A model generated the notes under the pieces. It had not been told where the DNA came from. It worked only from the letters and a program-made list of their open reading frames with translations, and ran no database searches. A stretch of DNA of 32,000 bases from Planctopirus limnophila DSM 3776 (GTDB lineage Bacteria > Planctomycetota > Planctomycetia > Planctomycetales > Planctomycetaceae), in contig NC_014148.1 of NCBI RefSeq assembly GCF_000092105.1, positions 5,010,001 through 5,042,000 on the forward strand, in the 5' to 3' direction. The translations under genes and the position numbers were made by a program. Positions 16,142 to 25,162 of this stretch are shown piece after piece; position 1 is the first letter of the stretch; every line of letters starts with the position of its first letter.

Positions 16142-18247
16142 ATGAGCCATAGCGACGTTTTCATACGACTCTCCGTACGAACTTTATTGTGCGGGGCGAT
16201 ATCGGTTTATCTCCTCGTCTTTACGCATGAATTGGCTGCTCAAATCACCGATGCACCAGACTGGCAAAGCCACGCGGAAACTCGCTTGAAGGCGATCTAC
16301 GACCGTGGCGAATTTCGCGCGAAGAATTACCGACCCACGTGGCTCCCCGACAGTTCAGGCTTCATCATCGAGGAGATCGATCCAAAGACAAAACAGGCCA
16401 CTCGATTCTTACATGAAGCATCCTCAGGTCAAAAGCGAGCATGGCCATCTGATGAAAAAATGCCCGCCCCCGAAAGTGAAAGACTTTCACCCGCAGGAAC
16501 TCATCGACTCGTCGTTCGCGATAAAAAACTGCTTTCGATCAATCAGGCCAACCAGCAGGAGATTCTGCTGGCAGCACCTGCTCCAGATCGATTCGTTGCC
16601 TATCGCGATCCCGTCTGGAGTCCTGATGGTTCACGCGTCCTCTTCATCGAAGCCGACTTCACTGACGTGCGGCAACGATCAGTCCTCGTGCCGGGTGATT
16701 CCAGTTACCCGGGGGTTGAGAAACATCGCTTTGCCAGAGTGGGCGGCCCCATCGAACAACTAAGAGTTGGCGTCGTGAATGCTGATGGCCAGCAACTTGT
16801 CTGGCTCCCCATTGAGAGCCCCAGTGAAGGCATCTACCTCGGTCAGGTCGAATGGGCGGGCAACTCTCAAGAAATCCTCGTCGAAAAGTTCAGTCGCTTC
16901 CGTGATCAGCGTGAATTCCTGCTCGCCACCACCACTGAGCAGATCAAAACGATTTTCTCGGAATCAAACGAAGCCTGGGTCGAGTCGAGCCAAGGGAAAA
17001 ATTCCGGACTGGTATGGATTCAAGAAGGCCAGGCATTTGTCGTAATCACCGAAAAAGATGGCTGGCGGCACGCCTATCGCTGCTCACGCGATGGTAATGA
17101 AGTAACACTGTTGACCTCAGGAAACTACGACCTCATCGATCGTGCTGTCATCGACGAAAAACGGAATTGGTACTATTTCTACGCCTCGCCCGATGACGCG
17201 ACACAAAAGTATCTCTATCGCGTCCCGCTGGATGGCTCGGGCCAGCTTCAGCGAATGACACCGCCAGATCAGATCGGCACACATAGCTATCAATTCTCAC
17301 CCGATGCAACCTGGGCCATTCATACGTATTCCACGCTGGATTCACCTCCAACGCATGAACTCATCGAAGTCGAGGGACACCGCGTGGTCAGCTCTCTCGA
17401 AAGCCATGACGATCTCCGTGAACGGATGAAGTTGATCGGTTCACGACCGGCTGAGTTTCTTAAACTCGACATCGGCGAGGGGCTTGTCTTCGATGCCTGG
17501 ATGCTCAAACCCAGGGACTTTGATCCCTCAAAAAAGTATCCCTTGTTCATCTACGTTTATGGTGAGCCGCATTTACAGACAGTCTTAAACGAATGGGGTG
17601 CCGCACAGATCGACTTCCACCGCGTGGTCGCTGATCTCGGCTACATCGTAGTATCAATCGATAATCGTGGGACGCCTGCTCCGAAAGGAGCCGCCTGGCG
17701 ACGCACTGTGTTCGGCTGCCTGGGATTACTTTCCACAGAAGAGCAGGAAGCTGGCTTAAAGGCCCTGGCCAAGGGACATCCCTTTATTGATACATCCCGC
17801 GTCGGCATCTGGGGTTGGAGCGGTGGTGGCTCCAATACACTCAATGCTCTCTTTCGTAAGCCCGATTCATACCACGTCGGGATTGCTGTCGTCCCCAAGC
17901 CACAACCGCATCTGTACAACGCCTGGTTCCAGGAAATCTTCATGCGCACCCGTGAAGTAAATCCCGATGGCTATCAGAAAGCCGCTGCCATCAATTACGC
18001 CGATGGTCTCAAGGGAAAGCTCCTGATCATCACAGGCTCTGGTGAAACGAATACTCACATTCAGATCATCGAAGGATTGGTCGATCGGCTCATTGCGCTG
18101 GGGAAGCCCTTCGACTACATGGTCTATCCTAACCGTGATCATGGACTGCGTGAGGGAGATGGTACGCAAGTGCACGTCCGGATGCTGATTCTGAGATATC
18201 TGATGCAGAATCTTCCGGCAGGCCCGCGACCAGCCACACATCCATAA
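16142..18247 (+). CDS. S9-family serine peptidase, dipeptidyl-peptidase IV-like (beta-propeller + alpha/beta-hydrolase domain)
   Basis: Hydrophobic N-terminus. The nucleophile elbow is GIWGWSGGGS (Ser codon 17819-17821). The His block is YPNRDHGL. Overall length and order match DPP-IV. Confidence 0.9.
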   Translation: MSHSDVFIRLSVRTLLCGAISVYLLVFTHELAAQITDAPDWQSHAETRLKAIYDRGEFRAKNYRPTWLPDSSGFIIEEIDPKTKQATRFLHEASSGQKRAWPSDEKMPAPESERLSPAGTHRLVVRDKKLLSINQANQQEILLAAPAPDRFVAYRDPVWSPDGSRVLFIEADFTDVRQRSVLVPGDSSYPGVEKHRFARVGGPIEQLRVGVVNADGQQLVWLPIESPSEGIYLGQVEWAGNSQEILVEKFSRFRDQREFLLATTTEQIKTIFSESNEAWVESSQGKNSGLVWIQEGQAFVVITEKDGWRHAYRCSRDGNEVTLLTSGNYDLIDRAVIDEKRNWYYFYASPDDATQKYLYRVPLDGSGQLQRMTPPDQIGTHSYQFSPDATWAIHTYSTLDSPPTHELIEVEGHRVVSSLESHDDLRERMKLIGSRPAEFLKLDIGEGLVFDAWMLKPRDFDPSKKYPLFIYVYGEPHLQTVLNEWGAAQIDFHRVVADLGYIVVSIDNRGTPAPKGAAWRRTVFGCLGLLSTEEQEAGLKALAKGHPFIDTSRVGIWGWSGGGSNTLNALFRKPDSYHVGIAVVPKPQPHLYNAWFQEIFMRTREVNPDGYQKAAAINYADGLKGKLLIITGSGETNTHIQIIEGLVDRLIALGKPFDYMVYPNRDHGLREGDGTQVHVRMLILRYLMQNLPAGPRPATHP

Positions 18248-18259
18248 GGACGACAACCC

Positions 18260-19828
18260 ATGAGCCATCGCACAACAAGAGGCTGGTTCTGTTCTTGTCT
18301 GGCAAGTCTCTGCACGCTGGTGCTGTTAAATACTGATCAATCGATCGTTGCCGCTGAGCAACCGAACATCCTGCTGATTCTGGCCGACGATCTCGGCTAT
18401 GGCGATCTTCGCTGCTACAACAGCCAGTCGAAAGTATCGACATCACATATAGACCGGCTTGCCCGCGAAGGGATGAGGTTCACTGATGCGCATAGCCCCA
18501 GCACAGTCTGCACTCCGACTCGCTATGGATTGATGACGGGACAGATGCCATTTCGAGCACCCAGCGGCGGCACAGTCTTCACCGGAGTTGGCGGGCCGTC
18601 GCTGATTGCTCCGGGCCGACTGACGTTGCCGATGATGCTCCGCGAGCGGGGCTACTCAACAGCGTGTGTCGGCAAGTGGCATATCGGGCTGACATTCTTC
18701 GACCGTGAAGGTCGGCCCATTCACAGTAATGCCCTTGAAGCCGTCAGGCAGGTCGATTTCAGTCGCCGGATCGACGGCGGCCCGGTCGATCATGGCTTTG
18801 ATTCATTCTTTGGCACAGCCTGTTGTCCCACGACCGACTGGTTATATGCCTTCATCGAGAATGATCGCGTCCCTGTGCCCCCCACCGCATCACTCGAAAA
18901 GTCAGCACTTCCCAAACACCCTTATGCCCATGACTGCCGGCCCGGACTCATCGCATCAGACTTCGCCATGGAAGAGATCGATCTGATCTTTCTGGAGAAG
19001 AGTCGTCAGTTTCTCAATCAGCATGTTCGCCAAAATCCCGGCAAACCATTCTTCCTCTTCCATTCAACACAGGCGGTTCATCTTCCCTCATTTGCTGCCA
19101 AACAGTTTCAGGGGAAGTCAGAGGCCGGGCCACATGGCGACTTTCTCCTCGAACTCGACTACATCGTTGGCGAACTCATGAAGTCCTTGGAAGAGCTTCA
19201 CATCGCTGAGAATACACTGGTCATCTTCACGAGTGACAACGGCCCCGAAGTGACGAGCGTTATTCACATGCGAAGCGACCATGGTCATGATGGTGCGCGC
19301 CCCTGGCGGGGAATGAAGCGAGACGCCTGGGAAGGAGGACATCGCGTCCCATTCATCGTGCGGTGGCCAGGTAAAGTCAGACCTGGCACTACTAATTCGC
19401 AACTGACGAGTCTGACCGATGTGATGGCGACAGTGGCCGCGATTGTGGATACTCAACTCCCCGACCATGCCGCTGAAGACAGCTTCAACATGCTCCCGGC
19501 ATGGCTTGATGAAAGTGCGCCGCCGATTCGGCCCTACCTGCTGACACAATCCTTCGGCGGATCGCGCACTCTCGCGATCCGGCAGGGCGAGTGGAAATAT
19601 CTCGACCACACTGGTTCAGGAGGCAACCGCTACGAAAATGATCCCAGCCTCAAGCCTTTCATCCTCCCTGATGCCGCCCCCGACGCTCCTGGTCAGCTCT
19701 ATAACCTTTCGACGGATCCGGGAGAATCAACAAATCTCTACCACGCCCGACCAGAAGTCACATCCAGGTTAAAGACACTTCTCGAACAGTCCAAAACAAA
19801 TGGCCGCAGCCGACCAACGCGACCATAA
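18260..19828 (+). CDS. Arylsulfatase (formylglycine-dependent sulfatase family)
   Basis: Signal peptide, LILADDLGYGDL, C-x-P-x-R motif CTPTRYGLMTGQ and TSDNGP. The gene starts 12 nt after the S9 stop with an AAGGA RBS, so it is probably co-transcribed. Confidence 0.9.
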   Translation: MSHRTTRGWFCSCLASLCTLVLLNTDQSIVAAEQPNILLILADDLGYGDLRCYNSQSKVSTSHIDRLAREGMRFTDAHSPSTVCTPTRYGLMTGQMPFRAPSGGTVFTGVGGPSLIAPGRLTLPMMLRERGYSTACVGKWHIGLTFFDREGRPIHSNALEAVRQVDFSRRIDGGPVDHGFDSFFGTACCPTTDWLYAFIENDRVPVPPTASLEKSALPKHPYAHDCRPGLIASDFAMEEIDLIFLEKSRQFLNQHVRQNPGKPFFLFHSTQAVHLPSFAAKQFQGKSEAGPHGDFLLELDYIVGELMKSLEELHIAENTLVIFTSDNGPEVTSVIHMRSDHGHDGARPWRGMKRDAWEGGHRVPFIVRWPGKVRPGTTNSQLTSLTDVMATVAAIVDTQLPDHAAEDSFNMLPAWLDESAPPIRPYLLTQSFGGSRTLAIRQGEWKYLDHTGSGGNRYENDPSLKPFILPDAAPDAPGQLYNLSTDPGESTNLYHARPEVTSRLKTLLEQSKTNGRSRPTRP

Positions 19829-19919
19829 AGTCAATAATATGTTTTTATACACCACTCATATACTGATGGAGGCCCAGTTCTGTCTATGAAAAGATTTTCT
19901 TCAATGTAGAGGTATTGCC

Positions 19920-20366
19920 GTGCAGATCAATTTAGAAGTTGTTGATGCAGTTTCCCGTCCGGCAATCTTCCGTGTTGCCTATTCTGGAGCAGAGGATCGT
20001 TGTTTGCTCCAGTATCCACAAGTCTATGATCTACAGTTTCTTGATCCCTCGGAAAATATTGCAGCAGAATGGGGGACTCGTTTTTTGACTTCAGGTCCGC
20101 TTGATGACTTCGTACTCGCACCGGGATCAAGAATAGCATTCGATCTCTTTGCTTCAATAAACTCTGAACCTTCAACGAAAGCGCTATGGAGTATTGAATT
20201 GCCCAGCGGTAATTATTCTGTTCGATTTGTATATCATTTTGAAGGTGAAAGAGACTGGTATGATTTTTTAGCCAAACGGTCCCGTTTCGCTGCCGTCACA
20301 CCCATCTGGAGAGGAACAATGATTTCCAATACGGTCTCTCTGATGATTACCGATGGTTCTCAATAA
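19920..20366 (+). CDS. Hypothetical 148-aa protein (no signal peptide); intact copy of a duplicated gene
   Basis: GTG start. A decayed second copy lies at 23372-23560, with about 92% identity over the first 100 nt and about 86% over the last 90 nt. This supports a real gene family. Confidence 0.6.
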   Translation: MQINLEVVDAVSRPAIFRVAYSGAEDRCLLQYPQVYDLQFLDPSENIAAEWGTRFLTSGPLDDFVLAPGSRIAFDLFASINSEPSTKALWSIELPSGNYSVRFVYHFEGERDWYDFLAKRSRFAAVTPIWRGTMISNTVSLMITDGSQ

Positions 20367-20428
20367 CGAAAAGATGAATCTGATTAATTAAGTGTTTAGG
20401 GACTAGATCGCAGGGTGGCCCCGGTTGA

Positions 20429-20635
20429 AATTCCGATTTCTACCGTGGTGGGAATGCCACAGGAGGTTTGATGCAAGCCATCCGTCGATCGAAAAACTCA
20501 TTCGAGAGCTACGAAGTCGAACATGGTACGCGACCCCATGAAAGCCTCCACCACACGTTGCTCGTCCGATGGCTGGCATCGGTGCCGCCCAACGAAATGT
20601 TGACAAGTCCCTGCCACACCGCCAAAGTGCGGTAG
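20429..20635 (+). pseudogene. Possible remnant of a DDE (rve-type) transposase C-terminus; alternatively a 54-aa ORF from ATG 20471
   Basis: The open frame reads NSDFYRGGNATGGLMQAIRRSKNSFESYEVEHGTRPHESLHHTLLVRWLASVPPNEM. The YxVxHxxRPHESL string resembles the YN..RPH.sL block that closes IS3/IS481 integrase cores. AGGAGG lies 5 nt before ATG 20471. Confidence 0.3.
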
Positions 20636-20657
20636 TATTCCACTGCACTTTGGCGGT
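20618..20657. repeat. Strong hairpin spanning the stop codon of the small ORF
   Basis: CCGCCAAAGTGC (20619-20630) pairs perfectly with GCACTTTGGCGG (20645-20656), and A20618-T20657 adds one more pair. The loop is 14 nt. Confidence 0.6.
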
Positions 20658-20696
20658 CGAATACCTGTTCAGCGATGGAAGAGTGAGGCTGTCGAA

Positions 20697-21152
20697 GTGG
20701 AATGGGAATTCGTGCCATTTGAAGGCATCACGAGTAAGCAGCTTGCCATCACACTCGGGCAGCCTCGCCAACTCTTGAGGAAGCTCGCAGCGTCCGTATT
20801 CAGTCCGCTCGTACCGAACGCCGAATATCCCGACGAGGATGACTTCATCACCGTGGACGGCGCCACATTCATTCGCGTGCGTTATCAGGACGACACCGTT
20901 CGCGACATTGAATTCCTTTCGGGCCAACTGCGTTACAAAGGCGTTGAACTGTATGATCAGGCCACGTTAAAAGGAGTCCGACGGTTCCTCAAGTCAGAGA
21001 ACCACCCGCTTCGGAAGACAAGGTGGCTGGGAGATGGCCTCGACTGTGTGTCTTTGGGCATCAACATCGCGTGTCATGAGGACATCGGTGGCGACGGCGA
21101 CGGGATCGAATGGGTCATCTTGAGTCGGAATTTCAAAGACGCTGAACAATAA
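20697..21152 (+). CDS. Hypothetical 151-aa cytosolic protein
   Basis: GTG start with GAGG 9 nt upstream and plausible composition. It is preferred over the antisense ORF 20403-20927, which is Trp/Cys/Arg/His-rich. The pattern (short helix LGQPRQLL, then FITVDGATFIRVRYQDDTVRDIEF, then YKGVEL) recalls small immunity-type proteins. That is recollection only. Confidence 0.5.
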   Translation: MEWEFVPFEGITSKQLAITLGQPRQLLRKLAASVFSPLVPNAEYPDEDDFITVDGATFIRVRYQDDTVRDIEFLSGQLRYKGVELYDQATLKGVRRFLKSENHPLRKTRWLGDGLDCVSLGINIACHEDIGGDGDGIEWVILSRNFKDAEQ

Positions 21153-21240
21153 CATGCACCGGAGTTGCCGACCGGGCGCTATCTGAAATCGAAGCCACTT
21201 GGCGACAAACCGGTAAATCTGATCGTTAGGCCAGGAATCC

Positions 21241-21633
21241 ATGAAACACGCCCTGACATTGTTCGCTCTCCTGTGGCTGACAGGCTGCGAGGAAACACAT
21301 CAGGCACAAGTCCATCCTCTCGAACAGTGGGTAGGTACTGAAGTCACGGTCAACTTCAACAGAGATCTGCTCGGGGCGGCGGGCAGTCCCATCGCACCAA
21401 CCTCCACCTGGCTGAATAACACAAGGCTGTCGCTCGACGGAAAACTTGTGGCTGTCCACCATGACGGACTTTTCCTCGACAGTCGCTACAAGCTGAATTC
21501 AGGCGACACCGAGTTTCGCCATTCAGTATTCTGGATTCCCATGAATTCGATCCTCACGATCGAGAAAGCAGCAGTGACTCTTCCCTTGCCCCGCTCTGTT
21601 GAGCAACCACAAGGCCAAACAAGGACTGACTAG
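21241..21633 (+). CDS. Hypothetical lipoprotein
   Basis: MKHALTLFALLWLTGC has a lipobox (L-T-G-C). An AGGAA RBS is present. Confidence 0.7.
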   Translation: MKHALTLFALLWLTGCEETHQAQVHPLEQWVGTEVTVNFNRDLLGAAGSPIAPTSTWLNNTRLSLDGKLVAVHHDGLFLDSRYKLNSGDTEFRHSVFWIPMNSILTIEKAAVTLPLPRSVEQPQGQTRTD

Positions 21634-21675
21634 CGTCATCTTCCTTTACCAACTTGAAACGAAAGACTTCTGCCA

Positions 21676-23214
21676 ATGAAAGCTGACAACCAACGGACCA
21701 TTCTAGCCGCCGTGCTTGGCACAGCTCTCGCGATCCCCATCAGCCTGTTCGCACAGGAACGCTATTCCATCCCCGCCGATCCAAAGCTCAAGTATTCGAC
21801 GCCCATCGCGCCGGGGGTGGCGCTGCCCGACAAGATCGAGAGTTCCATCGGAACACTCAATCTCAGCTACGGCTATCCGTCGGCCGATACGGTCGAGAAG
21901 ATCTACGACAACCTCGATCGCTCCCGCGCCCTGCAGGCCTACCTCATGGCGATTCCCATCGTGAATCAGGCGGGTATGCGCGACTCGTTGAGCAAGTTCG
22001 GCCCGGCCAACCAAACCGACGTCATCTGGGAAAACCTCGTCGATCCGCGTACTGTCGAACTCACCGCCAACGACAATACGATCTACAACTTCATGTGGAT
22101 TGATACGAAGAAAGGCCCGCTGGTTCTCGAAGTCCCTCCCGAGGTGCTCGGGCTGGTGAATGACTTCTGGTATCGCTGGGTCGGCGATGTCGGCATTACG
22201 GGCGAGGATCGCGGCAAGGGTGGCAAGTATCTCGTTCTTCCACCGGACTATAAAGGCGAAGTGCCACCGGGGTATTTCGTACTGCGGCCGAGCACCTACG
22301 GCAACTGGTTCGTTTTTCGTGCATTCGTTGTCGATGGCTCCACCAAGCCCGGCGTGGAGTCGGTCAAGAAACACCTCAAGATTTATCATCTCTCCGAAGC
22401 CGCAAACCCGCCGGCGATGAAATTCGTCGACGGGTCGGGTGTTCCCGCGAACTTTGTCGCCCCCGGCGACTACACCTTCTGGGAGATGCTCAATCAGGTC
22501 ATTCAGGAAGAACCCGCCGGCGGCAGCGACCCGACGACGCTCGGCCTCTTCGCTTCGATCGGCATCGTGAAGGGCCAACCATTCGCACCCGATGAACGGA
22601 TGAAGAAGATCCTGACAGATGCCGCAAACATCGGGGCAGTGACCGCACGGACCATCGCTTTCAAGATCCGCGACAAGGACGCCTACTACTTCCCCGACAG
22701 CACGTGGCGACTGCCATTCTTCGGCGGTTACAAGTTCGAGAGTGCGCCCGGTGTCACGAACATGGACGGCTACATCTTCTATTACTACTTCGCAACCGGC
22801 GTCACCCCGGCCATGGAAATGAAGATGGTCGGCAAAGGCTCGCAGTATCCGTGGTCTGTGCAGGATTCGAATGGCAACCCCTTTGATGGTGGCAAGAATT
22901 ACAGGATGCGCCTTCCGCCCAACGTGCCTGTGAAGGACTTCTGGTCCGTGATTGTTTATGACAACCAGACGCGCTCCATGATCCAGACAGATCAAAAAGC
23001 ACCGAGCGTCAGCAGCCAGGACAAGGAATTGAAGAAGAACCCCGACGGTTCAGTCGATGTCTTCTTCGGCCCCAAGGCCCCGGCTGGCTTCGAGAACAAT
23101 TGGGTGCAGACGATCCCCGGCAAAGGCTGGTTCATGATCCTGCGACTCTACGGCCCGCTCGAGCCGTGGTTCGACAAAACCTGGCGCCCCGGCGAGATCG
23201 AACTCGTGAAGTAA
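21676..23214 (+). CDS. DUF1254/DUF1214 two-domain secreted protein
   Basis: Signal peptide. The YGYPSADTVEKIYDNLDRSRALQAYLMAIPIV region is DUF1254-like. The C-terminal WFMILRLYGPLEPWFDKTWRPGEIELV is DUF1214-like. The family assignment is from memory of these conserved blocks. Confidence 0.7.
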   Translation: MKADNQRTILAAVLGTALAIPISLFAQERYSIPADPKLKYSTPIAPGVALPDKIESSIGTLNLSYGYPSADTVEKIYDNLDRSRALQAYLMAIPIVNQAGMRDSLSKFGPANQTDVIWENLVDPRTVELTANDNTIYNFMWIDTKKGPLVLEVPPEVLGLVNDFWYRWVGDVGITGEDRGKGGKYLVLPPDYKGEVPPGYFVLRPSTYGNWFVFRAFVVDGSTKPGVESVKKHLKIYHLSEAANPPAMKFVDGSGVPANFVAPGDYTFWEMLNQVIQEEPAGGSDPTTLGLFASIGIVKGQPFAPDERMKKILTDAANIGAVTARTIAFKIRDKDAYYFPDSTWRLPFFGGYKFESAPGVTNMDGYIFYYYFATGVTPAMEMKMVGKGSQYPWSVQDSNGNPFDGGKNYRMRLPPNVPVKDFWSVIVYDNQTRSMIQTDQKAPSVSSQDKELKKNPDGSVDVFFGPKAPAGFENNWVQTIPGKGWFMILRLYGPLEPWFDKTWRPGEIELVK

Positions 23215-23371
23215 TCTCCCTTCTGTAATCGGAAGATCAATCATAGAAACGCCGGGTTGCCCGGCAAAAATCCCTGTTTTACCGAATGAACTCCATGTCA
23301 CGGGGAGGTTCAAAACAAGTCAGTCTTCAGTCACACGTACTCTATATCCTGTTCAGAAAATCTACATTTTA

Positions 23372-23560
23372 AATGTAGAAATATATTAATGCGAATCCAT
23401 TGAGAAATCATTGATTCAGTTTCCCGCCCGGCAATTTTCCGTGTTGCCTATTCTGGAGCAGGGGAGCGTTGATTTCTAATACAGTCTCTCTGATGATTGC
23501 CGATGGTTCTCAGTAATGAAAAGATAAATCTGGTTCAGTAGTGTTCAGGGATGAGATCGC
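23372..23560 (+). pseudogene. Decayed, internally deleted copy of the 148-aa gene at 19920-20366
   Basis: 23372-23471 aligns with 19903-20002, and 23472-23560 aligns with 20322-20411. The 319 nt at 20003-20321 are missing, with a TG microhomology at the junction, which shifts the frame. ATG 23389 replaces the GTG start. An in-frame TGA lies at 23401-23403 (TTA in the intact copy) and a second TGA lies at the deletion junction. Confidence 0.8.
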
Positions 23561-23624
23561 TTTCCCATCGAATCTGCTTAAACTCAACGCATTGTAGTGC
23601 CCGGTTTCAGACTGTTTCCTTCCA

Positions 23625-24512
23625 ATGATGTCATTCGCGGGAATTGTGGTTATGGCCAGTATTGAGACCTCTGATCTGCATCGAACTCCCGGTGGCAGTA
23701 ATGGCTTCAGGAAGCAATTACAGGTGGCGACTCAGTGTGCACGAGAGCTTATCGATGAACTCAACGGCAGTCGCAAAGCCGATATGCTTGCATCGGGTGC
23801 TATTCATGGCCTGGCTCTACTGGCGAAGGAAGCTTCACGTCGTAGTCTGCCCGTATCAGAGAAGGAGGTGGACTACTGGAAGGAGGTGTTTTTCAAGTGG
23901 TGTGAGTCCGTCAAACGACACTTTGCCGAGCCCGTGCGGGACGAGTTCAGAAGTAAGGCGGAAGCGGACTTTGCCTTAATTCGTGAGAAGGCAGATATCC
24001 TGTCAGAGACTCCCTGGGAACAACTCCGCACGCGCTATGTGCATCCCGTTCGATTTCCAACTCGAGAGGCTTTCGATCTCGCATGTGATCGAGCGAAGGC
24101 GAAGTACCCCGCTAATCTTGGCATAGCCCTCGACAAGTATCTGGCGGCCTGTGTGCAACGTCTTCTGGAGGCTGACGATGTTGACCAGCCACTCGTCGTC
24201 AAGGTCAAAGAAGAGCCACCGGAAGATCGTCCGGGAACTGTGGCCCCGCGCTTTATCACATTCGACGACGGAGTCCATTCAATCGTCGTCACCTCATTTG
24301 GTGGCTTGCAGCGTCCCGCGAACTCGGGATTAGGTCTGCAAAAAGCCATTCAACAGCAGCTTCGCAAAACGGCACCAGGCACACTGGAGCAATTAGAGTT
24401 CGACTCGGAAAGTTCAATGTTTACAGTCCGATCACGTTCGCTGGATTCCCTCGCTGCCGTTGCACAGGCGATCTTCTCGATAGCGGCAGCCAAGAAAAAC
24501 AGCTCTTCCTGA
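23625..24512 (+). CDS. Hypothetical 295-aa protein
   Basis: The long ORF has ordinary composition and no TM helix or signal peptide. An alternative start is ATG 23652 (MASIETSD). No family recognised. Confidence 0.6.
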   Translation: MMSFAGIVVMASIETSDLHRTPGGSNGFRKQLQVATQCARELIDELNGSRKADMLASGAIHGLALLAKEASRRSLPVSEKEVDYWKEVFFKWCESVKRHFAEPVRDEFRSKAEADFALIREKADILSETPWEQLRTRYVHPVRFPTREAFDLACDRAKAKYPANLGIALDKYLAACVQRLLEADDVDQPLVVKVKEEPPEDRPGTVAPRFITFDDGVHSIVVTSFGGLQRPANSGLGLQKAIQQQLRKTAPGTLEQLEFDSESSMFTVRSRSLDSLAAVAQAIFSIAAAKKNSSS

Positions 24513-24622
24513 TGACAGGAGATATGTGAACGACAGGCAGATCAGACAGGCATCACGGATCGTGTGAACTCTGATTTAATCTTTTCTGTTGAGTGCATAA
24601 GCCATAACAATGACAGGTATCT

Positions 24623-25162
24623 ATGAAGAGCCGCTGGTTTGATCAACCATTCTGCAGAGTATTTCCTATCGCACATCTGATGCGAGCGGAATTTCCGGAA
24701 TATTGGCTGCGAATTCATTCATTGCCGGAGTCCAAGCGATATCCAGAGAATGATATCGAGAGGCAGATAGTATTTGAGCGATATTCAAGTTTCGGTACAG
24801 AGTTGCTCGGTGAAGATGCCCGGTGCATGATCATCCGATCAAGGTTGAATGGGTTCCAAAGCAGAGAGGCGTTCATACCAGAAATAGAGTGGACGCCGAT
24901 TCATCGAGTCATAGAAGACGAGGCATATCACTGGGATTGCTTCAGGGGTTACATAACTTGGAATTCGCAGGCTCTCCGAAAACTACTTTTAGCGATTGCA
25001 GAAGACGAGGAAGAACACATAGCGTTTCTTTCAGAAACGAATGACAACGTGTTTATTCCGTATGATGGAGGTGCAGATGGATTCTCATTCGATTCAGCAC
25101 TTCTGCAGAAACTCTCGGAACAATTTGCTCCGTGGCGATCGTTACATCCTCTTGGCCTATGA
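24623..25162 (+). CDS. Hypothetical protein, possibly DUF3885-like
   Basis: The EYWLRIHSLPESKRYPEND block matches my recollection of the DUF3885 signature (W.R.HSLP.SKRY). The coding region is low in GC. Confidence 0.5.
   Translation: MKSRWFDQPFCRVFPIAHLMRAEFPEYWLRIHSLPESKRYPENDIERQIVFERYSSFGTELLGEDARCMIIRSRLNGFQSREAFIPEIEWTPIHRVIEDEAYHWDCFRGYITWNSQALRKLLLAIAEDEEEHIAFLSETNDNVFIPYDGGADGFSFDSALLQKLSEQFAPWRSLHPLGL

Noticed and set aside
20403-20927. A 174-aa minus-strand ORF across the left edge of the cargo block.
   Set aside because: It is rich in Trp, Cys, Arg and His and has no motifs. It overlaps both the plus-strand small ORF with an AGGAGG RBS and the more protein-like ORF 20697-21152.
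21703-22995. A 430-aa ORF on the minus strand.
   Set aside because: It lies antisense within the DUF1254/DUF1214 gene. Its Arg/His/Gly/Asp-rich composition is typical of shadow ORFs in GC-rich coding DNA. The plus-strand ORF has a signal peptide and recognisable conserved blocks.
24514-24617. Four GACAGG hexamers (24514, 24532, 24545, 24612) between the 295-aa and DUF3885-like genes.
   Set aside because: Hexamers recur often by chance, the spacing is irregular (18, 13 and 67 nt), and the context shared beyond GACAGGCA occurs only twice.
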